Shown here: positions 1 to 7,261 of the stretch, in pieces
Position numbering within the stretch: the first letter of the stretch is position 1
Layout of the letters: each line of letters begins with the position of its first letter
Assembly: GCA_031416315.1 (NCBI GenBank)
Contig: JANOTL010000219.1
Span: 1-12,424, forward strand
DNA length: 12,424 nucleotides
Direction of reading: 5' to 3'
Source of the DNA: Pseudomonadota bacterium
GTDB taxonomy: Bacteria; Bdellovibrionota_B; Oligoflexia; Oligoflexales; CAIYRB01
Program-made: the position numbers and the translations under genes
The notes under the pieces: model-generated
Told to the model about the DNA's origin: nothing
Database searches by the model: none
What the model saw: the letters and a program-made list of their open reading frames with translations, nothing else

Positions 1-1
1 G

Positions 2-901
2 ATCAGCGACGTGACGCCCGGGGCCCTCGCGACCCTCATGACGAACAAGACGCAGCTCTCGATCCACCCCTATTTTTACCTCGGTAAGACGACCAAAGAC
101 GATGCGAACAAAACCGCCGACGTCCTGGCGACCTTGACGCAAGCGACCTTTGTCGTGGATCAAGCGCCGACCTTCAATTCGAACGCCATCGAGGGCTCGC
201 AGAAGAGCCTCAAGATCAACTGGCAGCACAACGCCAACGTGACGGTGAAGCCGGCAGGCTCCAAGGCCTCGACCCGGGTCACCGCCATCATTGTCGACAA
301 AGACGCGGTCGGCACGGTGGCGCTCCCCGGCAAGAAGTTCTCCGGCGTCCCGACCACAGCGGACACGGCAGCGACCTGCACCTATGCGCCGCTCGTCACC
401 ACCGCCGGCGGCTGCGTGACTTGCGATCCCGACGTGTACCTTCTCGAGGACGAGATCGCCAAGATTCCGGGCTTCTTCGTCCGCAGCGCCAATTCCTCGG
501 ACGGCGGCCTGACCGTCACCGGCCTGCAGAACGAGAAGAACTACACGGTCTTTCTGCAGTACGAGCCCGACGGCATCCAGCGCAGCCTCTGCGTCACCGG
601 CGCACCCTCGCCGAACTTCTCGCTCACCGAGCTGAACGGTGAGGGCGACGCGGAACAAGTCGACTTCCGTTGCTTCATCGCCACGGCAGCATACGGCACC
701 GACACGCACGAGGACCTCGATACGTTTCGCCGCTTCCGCGACGGGCATCTGAAGAATACGGCCGTCGGACGTGCGATGGTCGAGGCGTACTACGAGCTAA
801 GCCCGCCGGTGGCGGACTTCATCGCGAATCATCCGGATGCGCGGGACGCGACGCGTTGGGGCCTCGAGAAGATCGCGAGCCTGGTGCGCGCCGTCGAGTG
901 A
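2..901 (+). CDS. CFI-box-CTERM domain surface/secreted protein, 5'-truncated by the window edge
   Basis: The frame is open from base 2. The C-terminal region begins CFIATAAYG (671-697) and continues LDTFRRFRDGHL...GRAMVEAYYELSPPVADFI, the CFI-box-CTERM pattern. An FN3-like segment (LTVTGLQNEKNYTV) lies upstream. Confidence 0.85.
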   Translation: MSDVTPGALATLMTNKTQLSIHPYFYLGKTTKDDANKTADVLATLTQATFVVDQAPTFNSNAIEGSQKSLKINWQHNANVTVKPAGSKASTRVTAIIVDKDAVGTVALPGKKFSGVPTTADTAATCTYAPLVTTAGGCVTCDPDVYLLEDEIAKIPGFFVRSANSSDGGLTVTGLQNEKNYTVFLQYEPDGIQRSLCVTGAPSPNFSLTELNGEGDAEQVDFRCFIATAAYGTDTHEDLDTFRRFRDGHLKNTAVGRAMVEAYYELSPPVADFIANHPDARDATRWGLEKIASLVRAVE

Positions 902-927
902 CTAGGGCAACAATGCGTCTGCCCTAG
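902..927. terminator. Hairpin between convergent genes, possible bidirectional terminator
   Basis: Perfect 8-bp inverted repeat CTAGGGCA (902-909) / TGCCCTAG (920-927) with a 10-nt loop in a 47-bp convergent gap. No clear U-tract. Confidence 0.45.
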
Positions 928-948
928 CCTCTCACGATACTGAGGTCT

Positions 949-2052
949 TTAGGGGACCACAGTGGCCGCGGCGTAGATTTCGGCCAGGTCGGCGAAATAT
1001 CCAGTAAATTCTGCCTTCTTCTGGCTCCACATGAAGTCGGGACGGTTCTCGCTGCGCCACTCGCCACCGAGCACCTTCCCCTCTGCGCTCAGCTCCAGCG
1101 CATATTCGTACTCTTGCGTTGCGATCTGACCCGGATATTCGAGGTGCGGAATCGGCTCCCATGCCGGGCCCATCTCGACGATGTAGAGCATGGACGTTTT
1201 CACTTCGACGATCTTGGTCGTGCCGGGAGCGGCACCGGCGTAAACGACGTCCGACTCGGAGACGATTTGGCTGTCGTAGCCGAAGACGGGCTGGTTCCAG
1301 ACTTGGAGGTCGCGGGTGACGTCCGCGATGAAGGGCTCGTCCTTCTTCGCGATCTGGTTGGCGAGGACGACGTGGAAGGCTCCAGCGTTCGTGTCGCTGC
1401 ACTCCGGATTGCGCGCGCCGTCAGGATTCGTGACGATGTCGATGTTGCAACGCGCACCGAGCATCCGCGAGTCCTCGTTCGAGCGCTGGTACTGTTGCGC
1501 GAACGTCAGTAGCGCCTTCACGTCGGACGAGCCGAAGGCGAGGCTCAAACCGTCGGCGTTGGTGAGAGTGACGGACCGAGGCTCGTCGAACACCACCGCG
1601 GCCGGGGCCCAGCCGTGACACAAACCAAACCAGCCCGGGAGGTCGGGCGCCGTGCGGCGGCGCTCCGACTGCGCCAGCGGATAGTCGTAACGCCCTAGAA
1701 ACACGTCATATTTTTCGGCTGGCGAGAGCGCCCGCAGCACTTCTGCCGGCAGCGTGCGGAGCTCCTCGAGGGTGCGGAGCGGATAGCTCCAAGCGCTGAC
1801 GTCCGCCTCCGTCACCAGCCAGCGTTGGGCGAGCCCGCCGCGGGCCGAGGGCCAATAGCTGTCCGTCCACGGCTCGCGCGTCGTCTTCCCGGTGAGCGGG
1901 AGCGCGGCGAACGCGTAGTCGAAATCGTCGCCGAGGCGGAGCGGGTCGTTGACCGGATTCCAGGCATCCCGCAAGGCGGCAGCGTCGTGCCGTTCCTCGC
2001 CGCAAGCCGTGAGGAGAGTGACGACGAAACCGAGCGAGACGACGAGGCGCAT
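949..2052 (-). CDS. Lipoprotein of the GP42/transglutaminase-elicitor family (367 aa)
   Basis: ATG at 2052 follows GGGAGG. Signal peptide and lipobox MRLVVSLGFVVTLLTAC. Family motifs: PWTDSYWP, LSPAEKYD, WFGLCHGWAPAA (catalytic Cys-His), DVKALL, NAGAFH, DVT..QVWNQPV, YEYALEL..G.VLGGEW, PDFMW. Confidence 0.88.
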   Translation of the reverse strand: MRLVVSLGFVVTLLTACGEERHDAAALRDAWNPVNDPLRLGDDFDYAFAALPLTGKTTREPWTDSYWPSARGGLAQRWLVTEADVSAWSYPLRTLEELRTLPAEVLRALSPAEKYDVFLGRYDYPLAQSERRRTAPDLPGWFGLCHGWAPAAVVFDEPRSVTLTNADGLSLAFGSSDVKALLTFAQQYQRSNEDSRMLGARCNIDIVTNPDGARNPECSDTNAGAFHVVLANQIAKKDEPFIADVTRDLQVWNQPVFGYDSQIVSESDVVYAGAAPGTTKIVEVKTSMLYIVEMGPAWEPIPHLEYPGQIATQEYEYALELSAEGKVLGGEWRSENRPDFMWSQKKAEFTGYFADLAEIYAAATVVP

Positions 2053-2120
2053 GACGGATCCTCCCGTGAAAGTGCTGCGCACTGCCCAGAGCAATAAACG
2101 CACCAGCCGCCGAAAGCCAC

Positions 2121-2135
2121 GGACATGACATGTCC
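2121..2135. promoter_or_regulatory. Perfect inverted repeat in a divergent intergenic region, candidate operator
   Basis: GGACATG-A-CATGTCC lies between the divergent starts at 2052 (-) and 2220 (+). Confidence 0.3.
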
Positions 2136-2219
2136 CTCGCTTCGAGCGGCTATCGCATGCGACACCGCGTCTCCTGGCGGAGCCACTGCGGCGCCGCGCG
2201 CAACATTTTGGAGGTTCTC

Positions 2220-2771
2220 ATGCGAATCAAGATTGGTGTCGTCTTCACGGCTATGGCGCTCGCCGGAGCGGCAAACGCGGCGCCGGTGAGCGAGGGTGTC
2301 CGCGCGCTCGCTGGGACGTGGCAAGCAGAGGAGATCGTCGCGGCCGGCGTGACGCCGACGAGCTTCCAGCTGGTGATCGAGGCTCCGGCCGAATTGACGG
2401 CCCCGCTCGTCGCGCGGGGGCGGCTCTCGCCGGTGGCAGGAGCACCGATCGAGCCGCTCGCGCTGGAGATCGTGCGATCCGGGGATGCCGTCTACGGACT
2501 GACGGGAGCAGGCGGCACGCCGGAAGGCGCCTTCGCGGTGGCGCACGCGCCGTTCGGCGGGCTCCAGCTCACGCGACTCGCCAAGGTGGCGTCGGAGGAA
2601 CAGCTGACCGTGCGCGCCGAAGCGATCGGCATCGGTCGCCCGCAGGCGGACGGGAGCCGACGCGTGAAAATCACACGCGGAGAGCGACTGTGCCGTGATG
2701 CGAGCGCCGCGGCGACCGCGTGCGGAGCCGGAGAGGCGCGGACGTACGTCATGCGCATGGCAACGCAGTAA
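2220..2771 (+). CDS. Hypothetical secreted protein (183 aa)
   Basis: GGAGG RBS before ATG 2220. Sec signal peptide MRIKIGVVFTAMALAGAANA. LAGTW motif near the mature N-terminus and one C-terminal Cys pair. Confidence 0.75.
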   Translation: MRIKIGVVFTAMALAGAANAAPVSEGVRALAGTWQAEEIVAAGVTPTSFQLVIEAPAELTAPLVARGRLSPVAGAPIEPLALEIVRSGDAVYGLTGAGGTPEGAFAVAHAPFGGLQLTRLAKVASEEQLTVRAEAIGIGRPQADGSRRVKITRGERLCRDASAAATACGAGEARTYVMRMATQ

Positions 2772-2791
2772 GGAAGGCCGCGAAGGAGCGT

Positions 2792-2828
2792 GCGGCGCCG
2801 TGCCGGAAGGCGCGGCGCCGCCTTTCTC
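2792..2828 (+). terminator. Probable intrinsic terminator
   Basis: 13-bp GC-rich stem GCGGCGCCGTGCC / GGCGCGGCGCCGC (one G-U pair) with a GGAA tetraloop, followed by CTTTCTC, 20 nt after the stop at 2771. Confidence 0.6.
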
Positions 2829-3005
2829 CGACTCGGCAAACCTTGCCGTCCGTCTGCTAAGCGCAGAAACCCGCAGCAAAATGCGCCGGGATTTAGCCTC
2901 GGCGCGGACGTCAGCCGCTTGACGCCCTCCCCCACCTCGCTCCGGCCTCCTACAATCGGAGGAGCGCTCTTCTTGCTCCGACCCGCTCATCGAGAGGTAG
3001 GTCTC

Positions 3006-3707
3006 ATGGTTCGCATGCTCTCCAGCCGCAGCCCCAAGGCGTTTCTGCTCCTCGCCCTCGCTCTTCTCTGCGCGAATTGCGCCCCCGAGCGCGCCCGCGC
3101 CGTACGCGAGGACATGGCATTCTCCCTCGGCGCGCCGATCGTCTTCTCCGCCGCGGTCAGCTACCGCCCGACCGGCAAGTTCAGCGTCGGCCTCGCCGGC
3201 TCGGCCTTGAACGACCGCAAATCGACCATCGACGCGTCGAAGTCCGGCGTCGCCGCGATCACGGTCTCGGACCAAACGGCCCCGACGGACAAGCGCGAGC
3301 TCTCGACTTCCTTTACCGAGCTCAACCCGTTCGTGCAGGTCTTTCCCTGGGACTCCTCCGCCTTCTTTCTCGGCGTCGCCGGCACGTACCGCAACGCGCG
3401 CTATCGCTACCAGGAAGAGACAGAAGCCTCGCTCGCGGCCGCTCCGGCGTACACCGCGATCAAATACGAGACGACCTCGTCCTACGTCGGTATCCCCGTC
3501 GGCTGGGCCTGGATCTGGGGCTCCGGCTTCTCGCTGAGCCTCGACTTCGGCCCGCGCTTCCGCGTCAACAAAGAGCAGAAGCTCGCGAACGACGGGACTA
3601 CCTCCGGCGTCAGCGCGACGAAGCGCGACCACACCATCGGCATCATCGACGAGCTCGAGCCGCGCGTCGCTTGGGGCGGTTCGTCGCTTATTGGTTGGTC
3701 GTTCTAA
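3006..3707 (+). CDS. Putative outer-membrane beta-barrel protein (233 aa)
   Basis: GAGGT before ATG 3006 (alternative ATG at 3015). Hydrophobic signal ending LLCANC. Amphipathic beta strands (YVGIPVGWAWIW, FSLSLDFGPRF). C-terminal IGWSF ends in Phe, typical of BAM substrates. Confidence 0.7.
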   Translation: MVRMLSSRSPKAFLLLALALLCANCAPERARAVREDMAFSLGAPIVFSAAVSYRPTGKFSVGLAGSALNDRKSTIDASKSGVAAITVSDQTAPTDKRELSTSFTELNPFVQVFPWDSSAFFLGVAGTYRNARYRYQEETEASLAAAPAYTAIKYETTSSYVGIPVGWAWIWGSGFSLSLDFGPRFRVNKEQKLANDGTTSGVSATKRDHTIGIIDELEPRVAWGGSSLIGWSF

Positions 3708-3711
3708 GGCG

Positions 3712-4689
3712 ATGCGACTCAAGTTCTGGGGAGCTCGCGGCTCGAGCCCCGTACCGCAGTCCCATGCACGCGCCGTCGAGCTGGTCCGAGGCCTCGTGAC
3801 GCGCGCCCGCGAGGCTGGACTCACGACGCTGGCCGAGCTCGACGAATGGGTCGCCGCCGACCGGTTCGGCAAGCCATTGGCCTACGGTGGGCACACGCCC
3901 TGCACCGAAATCAGCCACGGCGACTTCTCGGCGTTCGTGGACATGGGCACCGGCCTCCGCGAGGCGGGCGCAGCCCACATGGGCAAGCGCAAGGACTACA
4001 CATTCTTCATGACGCATCTGCATTGGGACCATCTGATCGGTCTCAACTTCTTCGTGCCGATCTTCATCCCCGGCCATACGTTGACGATCTACCACGTCCA
4101 CAAGACGGCGCCCGACTCGTTCCGGACGCTGTTCAACGGCGTGAACTTCCCGATCAAGTGGGAGGCCCTCGCGAGCAAGATCGAGTTTCGCGAGCTGAAG
4201 CCGTACGAGACCTTCATCTGCGGCGACGTGACGGCGACCCCGTTCGCGCTCGACCACCCCGGCGGCAGCTTCGGCTACCGCTTCGAGGCCGGCGGTCGCT
4301 CGGCCGCGATCGGCTACGACAGCGAGTTCAAGCGCATCAGTCGCGAAGCCCTAGGCCGTGACCTGCCGTTCTATCAAAATCTCGACCTCCTCGTCTTCGA
4401 CGCCCAATACGACCTCGAAGAGCTGCTGAGCAAATTTGATTGGGGCCACGCCAGTCCCACGCTCGGCGTCGACCTCGCCGTGCGCGAGGGGATCAAGGCG
4501 CTTGCTCTGATCCATCATGATCCTTGGGCCTCCGATCAAAGGCTCCGCGACTCGTTGGCGGCGACGCGCCGCTACGCCGAAAAACAGGTGAAGCGGCGCG
4601 GGGTCGCGGGCCAGCCACCACTCCACGTGTTCTCTTGCTACGACGGCCTCGAGGTTGAAATGGACGCTTTGACGGCCGCTGGAGTCTGA
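3712..4689 (+). CDS. MBL-fold metallo-hydrolase, probable phosphodiesterase (325 aa)
   Basis: MRLKFWGARGSSP, YGGHTPC, DMGTG, THLHWDH (HxHxDH), DHPGG, DAQY, WGH and HHDP motifs. Starts 4 nt after the upstream stop. Confidence 0.9.
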   Translation: MRLKFWGARGSSPVPQSHARAVELVRGLVTRAREAGLTTLAELDEWVAADRFGKPLAYGGHTPCTEISHGDFSAFVDMGTGLREAGAAHMGKRKDYTFFMTHLHWDHLIGLNFFVPIFIPGHTLTIYHVHKTAPDSFRTLFNGVNFPIKWEALASKIEFRELKPYETFICGDVTATPFALDHPGGSFGYRFEAGGRSAAIGYDSEFKRISREALGRDLPFYQNLDLLVFDAQYDLEELLSKFDWGHASPTLGVDLAVREGIKALALIHHDPWASDQRLRDSLAATRRYAEKQVKRRGVAGQPPLHVFSCYDGLEVEMDALTAAGV

Positions 4690-4691
4690 CC

Positions 4692-5153
4692 ATGAGCTTG
4701 TCGATCACCAAAAGTCCGACTCTCGACCGTCTCGTTCTCGCGGGCGTCATTGACGAGAACGCGCAGCCGACGCTCGAGGCGGTGAAGGACGTCGCGCCGG
4801 TCTGCACCATCAACATGCGCGCGGTCGAGGAGGTCAACAGCTGCGGCATCCGCGAATGGGTGACGTTCCTGAAGCGCATCGAGGTGGGCCGGAAGATCGT
4901 GCTCGAGGAGTGCAGCCCCGAGATCGTCGACCAGATGAACCTCGTGCGCAGCTTTCGGAGCAAGGCCGAGATCGCCTCGGTCTGGCGCGAATATGCGTGC
5001 GCTTCTTGCGGCGAGCAGGAGTCGCATCTGCTCGACGCGAAGACGCATTTCGGCGGCGGGGACTTGCGCATGCCGGCGCTCGCCTGTCGCAAGTGCGCGC
5101 AAGCGCTCGAGCCGGCGGTCGAGGACGACGAGTACTTCCGCTTCAGTCTGTAA
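4692..5153 (+). CDS. STAS-like (anti-sigma antagonist-like) protein with C-terminal Zn ribbon (153 aa)
   Basis: LVLAGVIDE and INMRAVEEVNSCGIREW resemble STAS motifs with the phosphorylatable Ser. C-terminal CASC-x25-CRKC. Starts 2 nt after the MBL gene stop. Confidence 0.75.
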   Translation: MSLSITKSPTLDRLVLAGVIDENAQPTLEAVKDVAPVCTINMRAVEEVNSCGIREWVTFLKRIEVGRKIVLEECSPEIVDQMNLVRSFRSKAEIASVWREYACASCGEQESHLLDAKTHFGGGDLRMPALACRKCAQALEPAVEDDEYFRFSL

Positions 5154-7140
5154 CGCCCGCCGGCAGGGACGAGCCGACGTAGCGCAAGACGACGAGCGTC
5201 GAGTCGTCGGGCAAGGTCGAGCCGCTACCGCTGGCGAACGCGCGCTCGCCGATTTGCTCTTTCAGTCGATCGAACGGGCAGCCCAAGTCTGGTAACGCGT
5301 CGAGAGCGCTGAGGAAGGTCTTGCGCGCCACACCTCCGTCGATGACGCCGTCGGTATAAGCGATGAAGACCTCGCCGTGCTCTACCGCGAGCTCCTTGAC
5401 GGCGAAGGTGTCGGCATCGAGGCTCATGCCGATCGGGTTCGAAAGCGCCGTCATCACGCGCGACGAAGATTTGCCGACCGCTTTTTTGACCCAAAGCTGC
5501 GCCCCGATCGCGGCGATCGTGATCTTGCCCGGCTGCAATGCCGCCAGATTCAAGGTCGTGTTCTGCTGCCCGCGGTAGGTGCGATGCACTGCCCCGTTCA
5601 AGGCATCGCAGAGCTCGACCAACCGAGCGGGACCAAACCCGACTTGCGCGGTGAAGTAGTGCCAAATGCCGGCGATGGTCGCCGTATTGAGCGCAGCGCT
5701 CGTACCCTTGCCGACGACGTCGCCGATCGCCAGGAGGCCGAACTGCTCGCCAGCGAGCAGCTGAAACCAATCGCCCGACATCGTGCCATAGGGCTTGAAG
5801 ACAACCCCTACTTCCCAGCCTGCGACGAGCGCCTCGCGCTCGGCCGGCAAGAGCAAAGTCTGCACCGTCCGACCGAGCTCGATCTCTGACGACATCCGTA
5901 GCGTCTCCGCCCAATTTCGAAAGAGATCGGAGATGAACCGGGTGCCGATGCCGGCGATGCCGAGGACGATCCATGGCGCACAAGGGAAGAGCCAGCCCAG
6001 AGTATAGAGCGCGACGAGGCTGCCGATTGCGAGCACCGCGGTCAATCCAGCTGCCGCAGCGTGCGCCCGTCGCGTCGAGCGGTTCAGGAGGAGCCACCAC
6101 AAGCAAGGGACGATCGCGAAGACCGCGAGGCCGTGCGGCAGCGGCGAATGGACGAAGCGGCCGCGAAGGGCGCCGTTGGCCATCGCGACGAGCGCGAAAT
6201 GCGACGGCACCTTGCCGACCGGGCTATCGAGAAAGCGCCCCCCCGACTGCGCGTCCGGGATGAGCAGGGCGACTTTTCCGCCGGCAAGCTTGCCTTCGAC
6301 GCGCGGGCTCAAGGCAGAGGCGAGCCTGAGGTCAGGCCCGAACGCCGCGCTGACCGGCAGCGCCGCGGCGTAAATGGACCGCTCCTCCACGAAATCGATG
6401 AAGTATTGCGCGACGCCAGCGGCACGCGGCAAAGCTGCAAGGGTGGCATCGGACGCCGCGAGCAGGCCCAAGTACGGGACGAAGGCGCCTTTCGTCGTCG
6501 TAAAGCCGATGGGCACGGCATCGCTTGAAACAATGTTGAGGCTGCCGATGCGATCCATGACCCCGAGCACGGCCGGCGCCGGCGCGAGCACCTGCTTTGC
6601 GACGTCGACGCCGTCGACCCCGGGCCCGGGCTTCGACGCAAACAAGCGTGAGGGGAGATCATCCGGGTCCATGCCGCGCGGATTCCCGTCGCTCGGATAC
6701 GCCGCGACCCCACCGGCAAAGAGGCCGGCGTGCGATCGCGGTGAGACTGACCCGACTTCCGCCGCCAGTTGCGTGAAATCAGCGAAAAGAACTTTCTCGA
6801 AACCGATGGAAAAAAGCTGGTCGGCAAGCGCCTGCCACTCACCGAACGTCGGTCGGCGTCCGAGCTTGTGCAGCGACCTATCGTCGAGAAGAATCAACCT
6901 CAGGCGCGGGTCGAGTGAAGGCGCGAGGCCTAGTGCCGCGCGAACCTTGAGATACGGATGATAGAAAGCGGTCCGGTTGAGATAGTCGCCGGCCCCTCCG
7001 AGACTTAGAGCCGCTGCCATTGCCAACAGCACCGCCGCCAAACGCACGGGGAAACGCCGCGCGATCTCGGCGGTCCTGGCAATGATCGGCGCGAGGCGGA
7101 AGCCACCGCTTCGCCGGCTCGTTTGGGGCGATTTGCTCAT
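5143..7140 (-). CDS. Membrane PP2C/SpoIIE-family Ser/Thr phosphatase with CHASE2-like sensor domain (665 aa)
   Basis: N-terminal TM helix, CHASE2-like LDPRLRLILLDDRSL..LGR.P and FLDSPVGKVP, then three TM helices. PP2C motifs ELGRTVQTLLLP, SGDWF, IGDVVGKGTSAAL, YTDGV, DDSTL with the catalytic Asp residues intact. Confidence 0.88.
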   Translation of the reverse strand: MSKSPQTSRRSGGFRLAPIIARTAEIARRFPVRLAAVLLAMAAALSLGGAGDYLNRTAFYHPYLKVRAALGLAPSLDPRLRLILLDDRSLHKLGRRPTFGEWQALADQLFSIGFEKVLFADFTQLAAEVGSVSPRSHAGLFAGGVAAYPSDGNPRGMDPDDLPSRLFASKPGPGVDGVDVAKQVLAPAPAVLGVMDRIGSLNIVSSDAVPIGFTTTKGAFVPYLGLLAASDATLAALPRAAGVAQYFIDFVEERSIYAAALPVSAAFGPDLRLASALSPRVEGKLAGGKVALLIPDAQSGGRFLDSPVGKVPSHFALVAMANGALRGRFVHSPLPHGLAVFAIVPCLWWLLLNRSTRRAHAAAAGLTAVLAIGSLVALYTLGWLFPCAPWIVLGIAGIGTRFISDLFRNWAETLRMSSEIELGRTVQTLLLPAEREALVAGWEVGVVFKPYGTMSGDWFQLLAGEQFGLLAIGDVVGKGTSAALNTATIAGIWHYFTAQVGFGPARLVELCDALNGAVHRTYRGQQNTTLNLAALQPGKITIAAIGAQLWVKKAVGKSSSRVMTALSNPIGMSLDADTFAVKELAVEHGEVFIAYTDGVIDGGVARKTFLSALDALPDLGCPFDRLKEQIGERAFASGSGSTLPDDSTLVVLRYVGSSLPAGVTD

Positions 7141-7148
7141 CGACACCA

Positions 7149-7177
7149 ATTGTACCGCAAGGGGCGTTTGTTGGCGA
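7149..7177 (-). promoter_or_regulatory. Candidate sigma70-type promoter of the CHASE2-PP2C gene
   Basis: TCGCCA-N17-TACAAT ending 8 nt before ATG 7140, with no SD sequence. The same architecture recurs at 10175-10203. Confidence 0.55.
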
Positions 7178-7261
7178 TCTCGCAGGCAAAATCGGCCTTG
7201 AGTCCGTACGGCACCGACAGTTTTCGGGGTTTATGCCGATAAGTCACGCAAGGGAGCACAC

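Noticed and set aside
2830..2900. c-di-GMP-I riboswitch (GGCAAACC seen)
   Set aside because: The downstream GAAA-loop stem and GGGACGCAAAGC elements are not present in the proper arrangement.
2919..2956. Sigma70 promoter TTGACG...TACAAT
   Set aside because: The spacer is 26 nt. The -10 may be real, but it does not pair with this -35.
1812..3872. 686-aa minus-strand ORF and other long shadow ORFs
   Set aside because: They overlap well-supported genes, are Arg/Ala/Gly-rich without motifs, and are expected at high GC.
3712..4689. Beta-lactamase or anti-phage defence nuclease call for the MBL protein
   Set aside because: The motifs fit the widespread G.RGS.P/YGG.T.C phosphodiesterase-like subfamily, there is no signal peptide, and no defence-type partner genes are adjacent.
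7171..7190. Sigma54 promoter at TTGGCGATCT
   Set aside because: No GC at the required GG-N10-GC position in either copy.
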